Part shown: one piece after another, positions 18,826 to 28,850 of the stretch
Position numbering within the stretch: the first letter of the stretch is position 1
How the letters are laid out: each line of letters starts with the position of its first letter
DNA from: an uncultured virus (IMG/VR IMGVR_UViG_3300013232_000195)
Lineage: Duplodnaviria > Heunggongvirae > Uroviricota > Caudoviricetes
Direction: 5' to 3' (one strand)
Virus record (IMG/VR): IMGVR_UViG_3300013232_000195
Length of the DNA stretch: 64,000 bases
Notes under the pieces: model-generated
Database searches by the model: none
The model's input: only the letters and a program-made list of their open reading frames with translations
What the model was told of the DNA's origin: nothing
Translations under genes and position numbers: made by a program

Positions 18826-21048
18826 ATGAAGCTACTGGTTCTACTGGTCGGGGCGCAAGGGTCTGGGAAGACCACCTACTGTGAGCAATCGCTCAAGGGG
18901 TACGTCCGCGTGTCCCAAGACGACCAAGGCAAGGGTCACTTCGATGTGTTCAACGAGGCCATCAACAATGGCGCTCCGCTGGTAGTCGTTGACCGCATCA
19001 ATGCCGAACGTGCTCAGCGCGGGCGCTACCTCGTTCCCGCGAAGAAGTTGGGATACCGAACCAAGATCATCTGGTTGACGACCGAGAAGGACGAGTGTCT
19101 TAAGCGCTGCGTCAACCGCCGCAATCACCCAACGTTGGCCACGAAGGATGCCGACAAGGCAATCAACATGTTCTTCTCTCGCTTGCAAGCTCCGTCCCGC
19201 CGAGAGGCCGATGAACTTGAAGTCATCGGGCCAGCGCCGTACTACGTCAAGATCAAGGACATCCGAGAAGAGATCGGCCAGCGCAACTACTTGGTTGTGG
19301 GCGACATCCACGGCTGCTTGGACGAGTTGAAGGAACTCTTGGAGGCTTCTGGCTTTGACCCGGACGAGGACGTTTTGATCACGGTTGGAGACATCGTTGA
19401 CCGTGGGCCGAAGGTCAAGGAAACCGTGGAGTTCTTGCGTTCTCTGCCGCGCTACTACTCCGTCATGGGAAACCATGAGGAGAAGATGCTTCGTCTGTTC
19501 CGTGGGACTCCAGTGAAGGTCTCTCATGGACTCCAGACCACGATTGACTCCTTTGGCGGAAAGGTTCCGCAAGAGGTCGCGGACTGGGTTCGGACGTGGC
19601 CGCTGATCCTGCGTGTCCCAGATGGATACGTTGTTCACGGTGGGTTCGATCCTCTGAAGACCCCCGAGGAGCAAGGGAAGGCCGACTGCATCTACATGAG
19701 GTACTTCGGCGGCGAGAACTACTTCGACTCGCTTGGCGGGACGATGTGGTACAAGCTCTGGCCGTCCGACGCGCCTCGCGTCTTCTTCGGCCATGACCCG
19801 CATGCCGATGGTCCGAATTACAACAACGTCTGTCACCTTGACGGTGGCTGTGTGTTCGGTGGATACTTGAAGGGATGGTCTTCCAAGACCAAATTGGTGT
19901 ACTACGTGAACGCGAAACAGAAGTACTCGACCAGCGAGATTGAGGCCGCGCTGACCAATCCGAACGAAGAGGTCAAGCGCCGTGAGGTTCTTCTCAACGT
20001 GGGGCTGTTGCGTGGAGACCGAACCGACGACGGGGCGTTGGCCGTCTACACCTACACTGACCAGTGCGTGTTTGATCGCGCATGGGACAACATCACCCTG
20101 AACTCGCGTGGGCATGTGTTCAACATGGCTACGGGAGAATGCGTGGCTCGGCCTTTCGCCAAGTTCTTCAATCTTGGGGAGAGGGAGGACATTACCTACG
20201 AGAAACTTCCTTGGGACAAGCCGTACGAGGTCTTCGAGAAGGTTGATGGTTGGCTTGGCGTCCTCTACCGCCACCAGGGGAAGTTCTGTGTGTCTTCTCG
20301 TGGGTCCTTCCACTCTGAGGGGGCGCAATGGGCGTCTGGTTTCATCCAGACCAAGGACATGTCGTTCCTTCCAGACGACGTGACCTTGGTTTTTGAAATC
20401 ATCACGCCAGAGCAGAAAATAATCCTTGATTACAAGGGCGAGAAGACGCTCTATGTCCTCGCGGCGTTCAACCGCCACAACGGGAATGAGTACTCCCGTC
20501 AGCAAGTGGAAGAGTGGGCGAAGATGGCTGGCTTGCCAGTCGTTCCGAAGCATGACAGCCTCACGATCGAAGACTGCATGAAGATCGCGAAGGAGATGGA
20601 AGGCCGCGAGGGCTTCGTGATTCGATTCGAGGATGGACGTCGCGTCAAGGTCAAGACCGACTGGTACTGTCATATCGCCAAGATCATGGCGAACATGACC
20701 CCGATTGCCCTCTGGGAATGCATGAAGGATGGCAAGGTCCCAGACGAGCGGATGCGCGAGATCCCAGAGGAGCTTCGGGCGCTGGCGGAACAGTACAAGG
20801 CCAAGATCGAGGGGCAGTTCTCTGGACTCAAGAACCTCGTCTTGGAGCGCTTGAAGCCACTGATCGACAAGCATAAGGATAGCGGAGACCGCAAGGCATT
20901 CGCCTTGGAAGTCGCGGGAATGCCTCACATCGTTCGTCGTTGTGCGTTCCTTCTGTTGGACAAGAAGGAGGTTGACCAGGTGATCATGAACGAGATCTAC
21001 CCGAAGTCCAATAACTGGGTGGACACGTCTGGCGTCATGGAAGGATGA
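18826..21048 (+). CDS. Trifunctional RNA repair enzyme: polynucleotide kinase, calcineurin-like phosphoesterase and T4 Rnl1-like RNA ligase
   Basis: GAQGSGKTT P-loop; GDIHG/GDIVDRG/GNHE; RPFAKFFN, EKVDG, EGFVIR, KVKTDWY. Confidence 0.9.
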   Translation: MKLLVLLVGAQGSGKTTYCEQSLKGYVRVSQDDQGKGHFDVFNEAINNGAPLVVVDRINAERAQRGRYLVPAKKLGYRTKIIWLTTEKDECLKRCVNRRNHPTLATKDADKAINMFFSRLQAPSRREADELEVIGPAPYYVKIKDIREEIGQRNYLVVGDIHGCLDELKELLEASGFDPDEDVLITVGDIVDRGPKVKETVEFLRSLPRYYSVMGNHEEKMLRLFRGTPVKVSHGLQTTIDSFGGKVPQEVADWVRTWPLILRVPDGYVVHGGFDPLKTPEEQGKADCIYMRYFGGENYFDSLGGTMWYKLWPSDAPRVFFGHDPHADGPNYNNVCHLDGGCVFGGYLKGWSSKTKLVYYVNAKQKYSTSEIEAALTNPNEEVKRREVLLNVGLLRGDRTDDGALAVYTYTDQCVFDRAWDNITLNSRGHVFNMATGECVARPFAKFFNLGEREDITYEKLPWDKPYEVFEKVDGWLGVLYRHQGKFCVSSRGSFHSEGAQWASGFIQTKDMSFLPDDVTLVFEIITPEQKIILDYKGEKTLYVLAAFNRHNGNEYSRQQVEEWAKMAGLPVVPKHDSLTIEDCMKIAKEMEGREGFVIRFEDGRRVKVKTDWYCHIAKIMANMTPIALWECMKDGKVPDERMREIPEELRALAEQYKAKIEGQFSGLKNLVLERLKPLIDKHKDSGDRKAFALEVAGMPHIVRRCAFLLLDKKEVDQVIMNEIYPKSNNWVDTSGVMEG

Positions 21049-21086
21049 TGATCTCCACTCGCCTAACCAGTGAGTGGAGACTAATC

Positions 21087-21593
21087 ATGCAGATCCGAAG
21101 AGTAGGTTCCCAATCAGACCTTCTTTCCTCAGCCTTGGCCTTTATGGCCAAGGCTGGGAGTTTGAAGGCGAAAGCCGCCTTGGAAGATGAACTCGAGTCC
21201 CTTCAAGGCAAGAGCGAGCAGTCGTTCAATTCTTTGGGCTGGACGCTCATCTCCGAGGACAGGGAGCCGTCTTTCGCGCCTGGCGGATTTGACCCCTCGT
21301 CTGGATACCATGATCCAGAGGGTGGCCGCAAGACTGGCGACCACATCGTCATGCAGGGAAAACTTAGCGGGACTCTCTTGATCTATCCGCAAGTCATGGC
21401 CATTCGCAATGACCAGAGTCCCATCGACTACTTCAAGAACTACCTTTACGACGAGCTTCCAAGTTCGATCAGCGGTGTTCCAGAGACAATTGACCGTGAG
21501 GCCACTGAGGCGAACATCGTCAAGTTTGAGCCGATCGGAGAAAACCAGTACCACGTCGATGTCGACATGACCATCGTCGGGACGAACCCGTAA
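21087..21593 (+). CDS. Hypothetical protein, probably late-expressed
   Basis: RBS sequestered in hairpin TCTCCACTC/GAGTGGAGA; degenerate late promoter. Confidence 0.6.
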   Translation: MQIRRVGSQSDLLSSALAFMAKAGSLKAKAALEDELESLQGKSEQSFNSLGWTLISEDREPSFAPGGFDPSSGYHDPEGGRKTGDHIVMQGKLSGTLLIYPQVMAIRNDQSPIDYFKNYLYDELPSSISGVPETIDREATEANIVKFEPIGENQYHVDVDMTIVGTNP

Positions 21594-21653
21594 CTTTTAA
21601 CTTGCACTTTATCAGAAAAGTACTATAATACGCTGGCTTCTTTAGGAGGTCTC

Positions 21654-22097
21654 ATGGCTAGGGTAGTCGTCGCTGGTCGTCACAACAACAAGGCTGAATG
21701 GGAGATATGTTACATCTGCCTGGAGGCTGATCATGCTCCTTACGTGGCTCAGCAGATCAAGAACCAAGAAGGCAAGGATCTCATCGTTGGATACTGCGAC
21801 GAGGATGATTTTTTCAACGGCAAGCTGACCAAGATGAAGATCGTCAAGGAGGGAGGTACTCTTCCCGCCCCCGAGTCTTCCATCAAGAAGTTCAAAGAGT
21901 ATCCGTTGGATCATCCAAAGGTGAAATCCGCTCCTCCTCCAAAACCCATTCCAGCACCAGTTCCAACCCCATTCCAAATGGCAGAGGCTAAGAAAGTGGA
22001 GACGGTAGAGCCTCCAAAAGAGAAAGTTCCAGAGAAGTTGAAGGATATCAAACCAACCGCCACCAAGCCAACCAGTGAGCTGGGCAAGTTCAGGTAA
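21654..22097 (+). CDS. Hypothetical protein with Pro/Lys-rich tail
   Basis: TTGCAC-N16-TATAAT promoter and AGGAGG RBS. Confidence 0.7.
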   Translation: MARVVVAGRHNNKAEWEICYICLEADHAPYVAQQIKNQEGKDLIVGYCDEDDFFNGKLTKMKIVKEGGTLPAPESSIKKFKEYPLDHPKVKSAPPPKPIPAPVPTPFQMAEAKKVETVEPPKEKVPEKLKDIKPTATKPTSELGKFR

Positions 22098-23023
22098 TCT
22101 GTCCGAGTAGGATTATAGCTTGGAGGCATATCATGGAACCAGGCGTCTATCTTTATCACGCGGAAGTCCAGTTGTGGTACTTGAGGTGGATTGGCTTCTT
22201 CCTCGGTCGCGGGACGTTTCCCGTACATACTTGCGTGTACGTCAAGTTGAAGTCTACTGGGTATTGCTTCAGGATGGAGCTTACATCTGATCCTCCTACG
22301 CAACAGACAAGGACCGTTGGACGTGGTGATGGTTACACGATCCAGATCACGCGAATCGAAGAAAAGGACATGAAGGGAGAGTTGGTGGAGGGATGCTGTC
22401 AGCTAGTAGCCATGCTGGTCACCGAAAACTACGCCTCTACTCGATACGGAGACTTGAACTACTATAGCGCGGAGCGCGACTGGTTTGACAAGCCTCAAGG
22501 GTACGGTGGCCCGATGTTCGATAGATACACGTGCAACACGTTCACTTATTACGTTTTGAGGGAATCGCTGCTGGATGGATCTCTTCCTCCCAAACCCAAG
22601 GGAGCGATGGGATGGGGTCTCTCTCCGAAGTTCCCTGGGCCTTCTCTCTAAATTCTGTAAAGGGCGTCGGACTCGTCTGTTACCACGTCATAGTCTCGGC
22701 AATATGGCCGAATTGCTCTTGCGCAAGACACCTTTCCGTTCCACTCATGAGCGATACGTCCATCTGGAATATGGGCGTCCGTGATGTCTGGGTGGAAGAA
22801 AATGGGCATGTTTAGGGATAGTCCGTCGTACATGGCCACTTCGCCATCCCGCCGCCAATACCAGCAGCCGACGTGCCAAGTCATGCCTAGGTCCTCCTAG
22901 TCATATTCTTCCAGACACGTGCTGCCACCTTGGTTATCTGTTGACGTGCCGAAAGGATCGCATATACTTACTTAAGTGTAGACCGCGTAAGTTGTTCTTT
23001 CGTGACAAGAAAAGGAGATGGAC

Positions 23024-23599
23024 ATGAGTAAGGGTTGGATCATCGCGCTGGGAATCGGCGGGTCGCTTCTGTTGATGGTGATCATCATGCTGTTCTACGG
23101 CATCGGGGTCAGCAACAAGGAAGCTCGTCTGCGCAACCAGATCACGGCCAAGCAAACCGACAATACGAACGAGTACGACAACATGTGGAAGAAAATCAAG
23201 CAGAGCGCAGAAGTAACGGATGGCCAGAAAGAAGCCCTCCGCCAGATCTTCGTTGACCATGCCAAGGCCCGCAGCGGGGACGGAGGAAAGAACGCCGTCA
23301 TGCTGTGGATCAAGGAGAGCATTCCAAATGTGGATACCTCGACCTTCAACCAGTTGATGAACATCGTCACGGGTAGCCGTGACCGATTCACCATGCGCCA
23401 GAAAGAGCTTTTGGACTTCAAGCGAGAACACGACAACATGATCGATACGTTCCCATCTTCGATGATCCTTTCGTTCCTTGGACGTGGAAAGATCGACGTG
23501 GTGATCGTGACCTCGACGCGGACCAAGGAAGCCTTCCGAACGGGCGAAGATGATGACACGTCCGTTTTCGACAAGGGCAAGAAACCAGCGGAGAAGTAG
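23024..23599 (+). CDS. LemA-like membrane-anchored protein
   Basis: N-terminal TM helix, coiled coil, C-terminal TFPSSMILSFLG similar to LemA. Confidence 0.55.
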   Translation: MSKGWIIALGIGGSLLLMVIIMLFYGIGVSNKEARLRNQITAKQTDNTNEYDNMWKKIKQSAEVTDGQKEALRQIFVDHAKARSGDGGKNAVMLWIKESIPNVDTSTFNQLMNIVTGSRDRFTMRQKELLDFKREHDNMIDTFPSSMILSFLGRGKIDVVIVTSTRTKEAFRTGEDDDTSVFDKGKKPAEK

Positions 23600-23601
23600 T
23601 C

Positions 23602-23952
23602 ATGAAGATCATCGGCTTGTCGACGTTGTTCATGGCTGGCGTCTGGTTGGGACTCATTCTGTCTGTGTCTGGTTGCAGCCAACCAGACAAGAACGGCCTA
23701 AATAGGATGGGTGGGTCAGTCGTGACGCCGATAAGCGCAGCTACGACTGCTGGACAGGAAGTAGTCACGATATCTTACGATGATTTGAAGTCATGGCTTG
23801 AGAGCCATAAAGACATCAAGATCTGTTCGGTCACCAGCATTGATAGAGATAACTACGGGATGACGACCGCCTTCTTGATTGTCTACGAGAAAGCGATTTC
23901 AGACACTTGCACGAGTTGTGGGCAGAAGGTTCCAGTGGAGAAAAAACCATGA
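23602..23952 (+). CDS. Putative lipoprotein
   Basis: Lipobox-like VSGC after a hydrophobic signal; domain similar to the next ORF. Confidence 0.6.
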   Translation: MKIIGLSTLFMAGVWLGLILSVSGCSQPDKNGLNRMGGSVVTPISAATTAGQEVVTISYDDLKSWLESHKDIKICSVTSIDRDNYGMTTAFLIVYEKAISDTCTSCGQKVPVEKKP

Positions 23953-24263
23953 AGAAGGGATTCACGCTGATCGAACTTTTGGTGGTCGTAGCCATCATCA
24001 TGATCCTTGCTGGAATGATCATTCCAGTTGTCGCTAGGAGCAGAAACAAGGTTGATCCTATTCCAGTCCAGATAGGACATCCTCAAGCTGAGAAGTCCCC
24101 AGTCCCGTCGTCCAATCAGGAGATGGTCACGGTGGAGAAGGGCAACTTGGAGAACTACTTGGCCAACATGGCGTCCCGTAAAGTGGTCTCGGTCACGCCA
24201 CTCTACAAGGACTATACCAAGGTTCCGTCACACTACCTCGTGATCACCGAGAAGACGGAATGA
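23949..24263 (+). CDS. Prepilin-type N-terminal cleavage/methylation protein
   Basis: MKKG|FTLIELLVVVAIIMILAGMIIP with Glu at +5. Confidence 0.85.
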   Translation: MKKGFTLIELLVVVAIIMILAGMIIPVVARSRNKVDPIPVQIGHPQAEKSPVPSSNQEMVTVEKGNLENYLANMASRKVVSVTPLYKDYTKVPSHYLVITEKTE

Positions 24264-24518
24264 TTTGGGTTGACTATTGGGTTGATTGGCTAGGGCTTGG
24301 AATACTCATTGGGATGATTCTCATGGCTATTCTGCTCAAGCTGTCCAAACCGAAGTAAGGAGTCAAGTATGTGGACTGTCCAATGCTACATCGGTGGGAC
24401 GTGGATAGACATGGGCGACAAGACCCAGTTCCTTGGCCCAGCCAGGGAGATCTTGCGAACATGGGAGATGTTGCAACCAGAGAATAAGTTCAGGTTGTCA
24501 TTCAAGGAGTAGTTTGCC

Positions 24519-25697
24519 ATGTGGGTCTGTTACTTGCTCTGCGCCTTGCCGCTTATCGGCGGCCTCTGGGCATGGATCTACACCAAGAAGGTCGTGTGGT
24601 GGGAGTGGCTAGTTTCTGTCGTGGTCGCGATCGTTGCATGCTTCATCTGGCATATCTGCCTCGTCTGGGGAATGACCACCGACCAAGAGATATGGTCTGG
24701 ATACATCACCGTGACCACGCATCATCCTAGATGGGTGGAAGAATACCAAGAAGCCATCTACAAAACGGTAACCAAGACGCGAACGGTAGGATCTGGAAAG
24801 AACCGCAGAACCGAGACCTATACGGAGCGTGTTTTCAGCCACTACGAGACGCGCCATCGAACCCATCCAGAGCATTGGGACGCGGAGGACACGCTAGGGT
24901 ACAATTACGACATCGACCAAGCAAGGTTCGAAGAAACGTCCAAGGCATTCGGTGGATACGAGACGAGGAAGGTATCCAAAAGCGGATTTGATTCTGGCGA
25001 TCCGAACATCTATGTCGCCCACAACAAAACGGGCATCATCTTTCCGACCGTCACCATAAAGTCGTGGACGAACAGAGTCAAGAGCGCCCCGTCGCTGTTC
25101 TCGTATGTAAAGGTTCCAGAAGGAACGAAGGTGTTTGATTACCCATACCCGCTCAACAAGGGCTGGGCAAGTTCTAATCGACTCTTGGGGACATGCCAGA
25201 ACGTTCCGATCCTTGAGTGGGATAGGCTCAATGCACGACTTGGATCCACAAAGAAAATAAACTTGATTGCTTGCGGGTTCCCAACCGAGGGAGATGGCGA
25301 TTCTTGCATGGCGCAGTTCCAAGAAGCCGCGTGGTTCGGCGGCAAGAAAAACGACCTGGTGATTTGCATCGGAGGAACGCCGCGTAGCCCATCGTGGGTC
25401 AACGTATTCGGGTGGACCGAGCGGGAAGACTGCAAGCGCAACCTTGAAACGTTGATCCTGAAAGATGGTTTCTGCCTTGAAACGCTACCAGCCATAGAGA
25501 AAGAGGTCTTGGCGAACTACCAGATCAAGGACTGGTCTAAGTTCGACTACCTAGAGATTGAGCCAAGCCCTTGGGCATACGTCACGATCTTGCTTATCAT
25601 TCTTGTAACTCAAGGTGGCGTATGGTATTTCGCGTTCTCCAATGAGGAGAACAAGGACGAGACTCTGTTTGATAGGTTGAAGCGTCGGCAGGGTTGA
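24519..25697 (+). CDS. Membrane protein with TPM-like extracytoplasmic domain
   Basis: Two N-terminal TM helices, one C-terminal TM helix, WFGGKKNDLVICIG. Confidence 0.55.
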   Translation: MWVCYLLCALPLIGGLWAWIYTKKVVWWEWLVSVVVAIVACFIWHICLVWGMTTDQEIWSGYITVTTHHPRWVEEYQEAIYKTVTKTRTVGSGKNRRTETYTERVFSHYETRHRTHPEHWDAEDTLGYNYDIDQARFEETSKAFGGYETRKVSKSGFDSGDPNIYVAHNKTGIIFPTVTIKSWTNRVKSAPSLFSYVKVPEGTKVFDYPYPLNKGWASSNRLLGTCQNVPILEWDRLNARLGSTKKINLIACGFPTEGDGDSCMAQFQEAAWFGGKKNDLVICIGGTPRSPSWVNVFGWTEREDCKRNLETLILKDGFCLETLPAIEKEVLANYQIKDWSKFDYLEIEPSPWAYVTILLIILVTQGGVWYFAFSNEENKDETLFDRLKRRQG

Positions 25698-25740
25698 TTG
25701 GGTCCCAGACAGAAGAAGTAGAATGTCAAGGGAGACCCAG

Positions 25741-26181
25741 ATGAAGTGGTTCAATAAACTAGCTCAATCAGAAGCATCTCCACAAGAAGTAGAGGCGCGT
25801 GCCTTCCAAGCTGGATACACCATCAAAGCGTATCATGGAACCAGTAAGAATTTCAGAGTCATGAAGCCAGCCTTTGGGAACGCTTTATGGTTTTCGACTA
25901 ACATGTCAAAGATAGAACAAGGTAACTCTGGAGCCAGTGGAACGTCAAAGATATTGTCGGTATATTTGAGGATCACAAAGGTCGCAGGCTGGAAAGAATA
26001 TGAGAATCTTACCGAAGGACAGTTGCTCTCGCAAGGTTATGATGGCGTGAAATTGGACGACGACTATGTCGTTTTCCACCCAGAACAAGTAAAGTTGGCT
26101 GACCAAATAACGTACGCCAAGGGCAAGCCGATCCCATTGTCAGAGCGTTTCAATCCATCCATCAAAGACATGAGGTATTGA
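25741..26181 (+). CDS. ADP-ribosyltransferase-fold (ART-PolyVal-like) protein
   Basis: AYHGT, LWFS, VYLR, GYDGV, YVVFHPEQVK, IPLSERFN. Confidence 0.65.
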   Translation: MKWFNKLAQSEASPQEVEARAFQAGYTIKAYHGTSKNFRVMKPAFGNALWFSTNMSKIEQGNSGASGTSKILSVYLRITKVAGWKEYENLTEGQLLSQGYDGVKLDDDYVVFHPEQVKLADQITYAKGKPIPLSERFNPSIKDMRY

Positions 26182-26183
26182 GA

Positions 26184-28850
26184 ATGAAAATCACGTACAA
26201 TTCCGACCCTGAATGGATCGTAAAGTGCGCACAGGATAATGCGCCAAAGACCTACAAGGTGTCTGAGCAGCGGTTTCCCTGGCTGGTAAAACAAGTTGAA
26301 CGCCTCAACAAGATGGTGGCAAGCATCAATAAGCGTGGTGCTGAGTTCGGCGCGTCACAGATGCCTCCTATTGAGATCAAGATCGTCAATAACGCCATTC
26401 AGATCCAAGACAAGTCAAATCCAGACATGGTTCACATTGGCAAGGAAATCCAGATTACAGGTCAAGCTCCTCAGATCAAGGGATGGCAGTTTGTCGCGTC
26501 CATTATGCCTTTGGTAGACGAGCAAGGCGCTCAGGCAAACGTGATCAAGGGCGTCCCTGGGTCTGGCCCAATCCCAGAGAAGTACAGGAGCAGCGTTCCT
26601 AAGTGCGACTACTGCCAGCAAGCCCGCCGACGCAATGAAACGTACTTGATGCTCAACCAGGCGACCAAAGAGTACAAGGAAATCGGTCGCAATTGCTTGG
26701 CGAAGTTCCTCAACACGACCTCCCCAGAGTCGGTAGCCGACATGGCCGAGGCATTTGCCTCCTTCATCGAAACGGTGGAATCCTTCGACGAGGAGTTCAG
26801 CTCTGGCGAGTTTGACGGTATGGGTGGTGGTGGAGTCAGAGGAGTGGCCATAGGGACGTACGTGGCCAATGTCATCGCCATACAACGTGCTGCTGGTTGG
26901 CTTCCAAGAGGCAAAGCCCGAGAGGAAGGACGTGAGGGAACCGCGACGGCAGACCTCGCTTGGGACTACATGGATCCGAAGAGCAGGGACATCGTGGCCA
27001 AGGTGGTAAGGAAGATGTCTGGCAAGGAAATTGAGCATCGCCCAGAGGACATCGAGTTCGCCAAGAAAGTGATCCAGTGGGCTAGGGATCTTCGCAAGAG
27101 AGCGCCAGAGAGCCTGAACGACTACCTAAGTTCCGTATCCTCAGCCACGTCTGTCCCGTTCATTCCTAAGAAGCTTGTTGGGTACGTCGCAAGCATCGTT
27201 TCGGCCTACCAGCGCAACGAGGACCGCAAGGGATACTTCAAGGGAAAGGTGCAAAAGAAGAGCGCCACGGAGCAAGGAACAACCGCGTGGCTCCTAAAGG
27301 ACGATAAGGGAAAGGATGTCGTTTGGTTTGACGCGCAGCATGACCCGCAGATCGATGCCATGCTTGACAAGGCCATTGCCGACCAGTCCGACATCTACTT
27401 CAAGGCCTCGTTTGACCGTACCGACTCCTACACTGGACAAGGAATGACTCAAGCAATCATTGAGAAGTTCATGAAGCCAGAAGAGTACGCCGAGGAAAAC
27501 AAGGCGGCCATAGAAGCAGAACAAGCAGCCCAAGAGAAGCTGAAGAACGCTCCCCCGCTTGCCCCTCAAGGCAAAGCAAAGATGACGCTTACAGTGGACA
27601 AGATCAAGTACATCGAGTCCCAATACGGAACCAAGGCCAAGTACGAGATGACCGACGAGTTCGGTCGCAAGTTCTTCTGGATGACAAGTTCCGCACAAGA
27701 GTTGGAAGAAGGGCAGACCTACGTGGCCAACGTGACCATCGGATGGGAGAAGCTGCCTGGCCAGAACAAGCCATTGCTGGACGCCGAAGGAAAGCGCTCT
27801 CTGGCAAAGGACAAGTTCTCTGGGGCAATTCGTTTGGAGTCCGTCAAGCCGCTATCCGTGGGTGGTCAAGCGCTCATAACTGGTGATGACATCAACGCCA
27901 TCAACAAGCAGATCAAGGATGTAAGGCAACAACAAGACGTACTCAACGAGCAGATCAAGCCCCTCTCCAGCGAGGAATACCAGCTTCTCAATGACGCTGG
28001 AGTCCCTACTTCCCTCGGTCAAGACCGCATGAAGGACCTCGCTGATGCCAAGGCTGTTGTGAATCGTGAGATTGAACGAGCCAAGGCGTCACCACAAGAC
28101 CAAGAGTTCGAGCCGAACTACGAGGGCGCGAGCCATTACTTGGGATACAAGTTCAGTGGCTTGAGGTACAGAAGCATTACTCCAGAAGAGTTGCTTCAAG
28201 AAACGAACGCTATTCGTGCAAAGAATGAAGAGGTAATGGCTAGGATTAAGTCTTTCGTTCCTCAAGTGGAAGCTCTGATGGCCGAGTACGCTGCGGCCAA
28301 GGGAGACTGGAAGCTCGAGTCCACGAAGGCCAAGCAGATGCACGATATTCTTAGTACCTTGCAGAACGAGTACGGAAGGTACGGATCAAAGGGCAACGAG
28401 GGCGTCGTAATAGACTGGCCTTACTTCAGGAATCCTGGTTATCTTGGCGAGAGGGACGTCGCGCAGATGGTTAAGTTCTTCAAGGAGCCAAAGGCGAACT
28501 TCGATCGGATTAACTCTGCCACGGAACATGCCACGAACGCCATCCAGAGCGGGACTCCGATGGATGTGAACAAGATCTACAAGCCTGATGGCATCGACTT
28601 CCAGAAGAGGGATCCAGTCTACCCCTCACGCTTCATCCAGGTAGCTCAGCAAGTACTCTCTGACATATCCAAGGCAGAGGCTAGGATGCCAGTCGTACTA
28701 CAGCAACTTGTACCTCTTAAGGAGCAAGTCGAGACCCTTAAGAAACAAGAACTTGACTTGCATCACAAGTTAATAGAAATGGATGAATTGAAGAAAAAGG
28801 GTAGGCCAAGGACGTCTGCTTGGATCGCTGGGATAATCAAAAAGTCTTGA
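26184..28850 (+). CDS. Large multidomain phage protein (zinc-binding N-terminal domain, OB-like repeats, coiled coil)
   Basis: GWQFVA...CDYC..RRRNETY...IGRNCL; two beta-rich repeats; long coiled coil. Confidence 0.7.
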   Translation: MKITYNSDPEWIVKCAQDNAPKTYKVSEQRFPWLVKQVERLNKMVASINKRGAEFGASQMPPIEIKIVNNAIQIQDKSNPDMVHIGKEIQITGQAPQIKGWQFVASIMPLVDEQGAQANVIKGVPGSGPIPEKYRSSVPKCDYCQQARRRNETYLMLNQATKEYKEIGRNCLAKFLNTTSPESVADMAEAFASFIETVESFDEEFSSGEFDGMGGGGVRGVAIGTYVANVIAIQRAAGWLPRGKAREEGREGTATADLAWDYMDPKSRDIVAKVVRKMSGKEIEHRPEDIEFAKKVIQWARDLRKRAPESLNDYLSSVSSATSVPFIPKKLVGYVASIVSAYQRNEDRKGYFKGKVQKKSATEQGTTAWLLKDDKGKDVVWFDAQHDPQIDAMLDKAIADQSDIYFKASFDRTDSYTGQGMTQAIIEKFMKPEEYAEENKAAIEAEQAAQEKLKNAPPLAPQGKAKMTLTVDKIKYIESQYGTKAKYEMTDEFGRKFFWMTSSAQELEEGQTYVANVTIGWEKLPGQNKPLLDAEGKRSLAKDKFSGAIRLESVKPLSVGGQALITGDDINAINKQIKDVRQQQDVLNEQIKPLSSEEYQLLNDAGVPTSLGQDRMKDLADAKAVVNREIERAKASPQDQEFEPNYEGASHYLGYKFSGLRYRSITPEELLQETNAIRAKNEEVMARIKSFVPQVEALMAEYAAAKGDWKLESTKAKQMHDILSTLQNEYGRYGSKGNEGVVIDWPYFRNPGYLGERDVAQMVKFFKEPKANFDRINSATEHATNAIQSGTPMDVNKIYKPDGIDFQKRDPVYPSRFIQVAQQVLSDISKAEARMPVVLQQLVPLKEQVETLKKQELDLHHKLIEMDELKKKGRPRTSAWIAGIIKKS

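Noticed and set aside
18841..20928. 695-aa minus-strand ORF
   Set aside because: Antisense shadow of the RNA repair gene
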